A stretch of 64,000 bases of DNA from Octopus sinensis (taxonomy: Eukaryota), in contig NC_043004.1 in the NCBI RefSeq assembly GCF_006345805.1, positions 434,001-498,000 of the forward strand, written 5' to 3'. Under the pieces are notes generated by a model. That model saw nothing but the letters and a program-made list of their open reading frames with translations. It was not told where the DNA came from and made no database searches. Each line of letters opens with the position of its first letter. Within the stretch, counting starts at the first letter, position 1. Positions 63,962-64,000 of the stretch are shown piece after piece. Made by a program: the position numbers and the translations under genes.

Positions 63962-64000
63962 ATGGATGTATTATTTAGAGTCGTACGCCGAAGCCCTACC
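63962..64000 (+). CDS. Possible first coding exon of a neighbouring gene (MDVLFRVVRRSPT…, runs off window)
   Basis: ATG in context agagaATGg downstream of the CpG-rich region; only 13 codons are visible. Confidence 0.35.
   Translation, partial: MDVLFRVVRRSPT

Overview
Eukaryotic, AT-rich, repeat-dominated genomic DNA with no prokaryotic features. The recurring tRNA-headed SINEs, (GAT)n-tailed retroposons and dense microsatellites look like octopus (coleoid cephalopod) DNA; this is inferred from memory of those families and is unverified. Short unique islands between the repeats carry minus-strand splice signals, several in phase-compatible chains. They suggest one long multi-exon gene running from a CpG-rich promoter-like region near 63.6-64 kb off the left edge. 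Its peptides look like a helical (ARM/HEAT-like) protein with a tentative, collinear resemblance to vertebrate MEI1. A plus-strand ORF appears to start at 63962 and runs off the right edge. The introns hold CR1, RTE-like, HERO-like, Penelope and Tc1 relics, MITEs, foldback hairpins and two minisatellite arrays. The most notable signal is a set of minimal type-I hammerhead ribozyme (HHR) motifs from three sequence families. One family sits in a three-copy non-autonomous element that joins a tRNA-like Pol III head to a Penelope-type HHR tail and is preceded by an inverted arm truncated at a fixed point. All exon calls and family names were made by eye and need alignment or RNA-seq confirmation.
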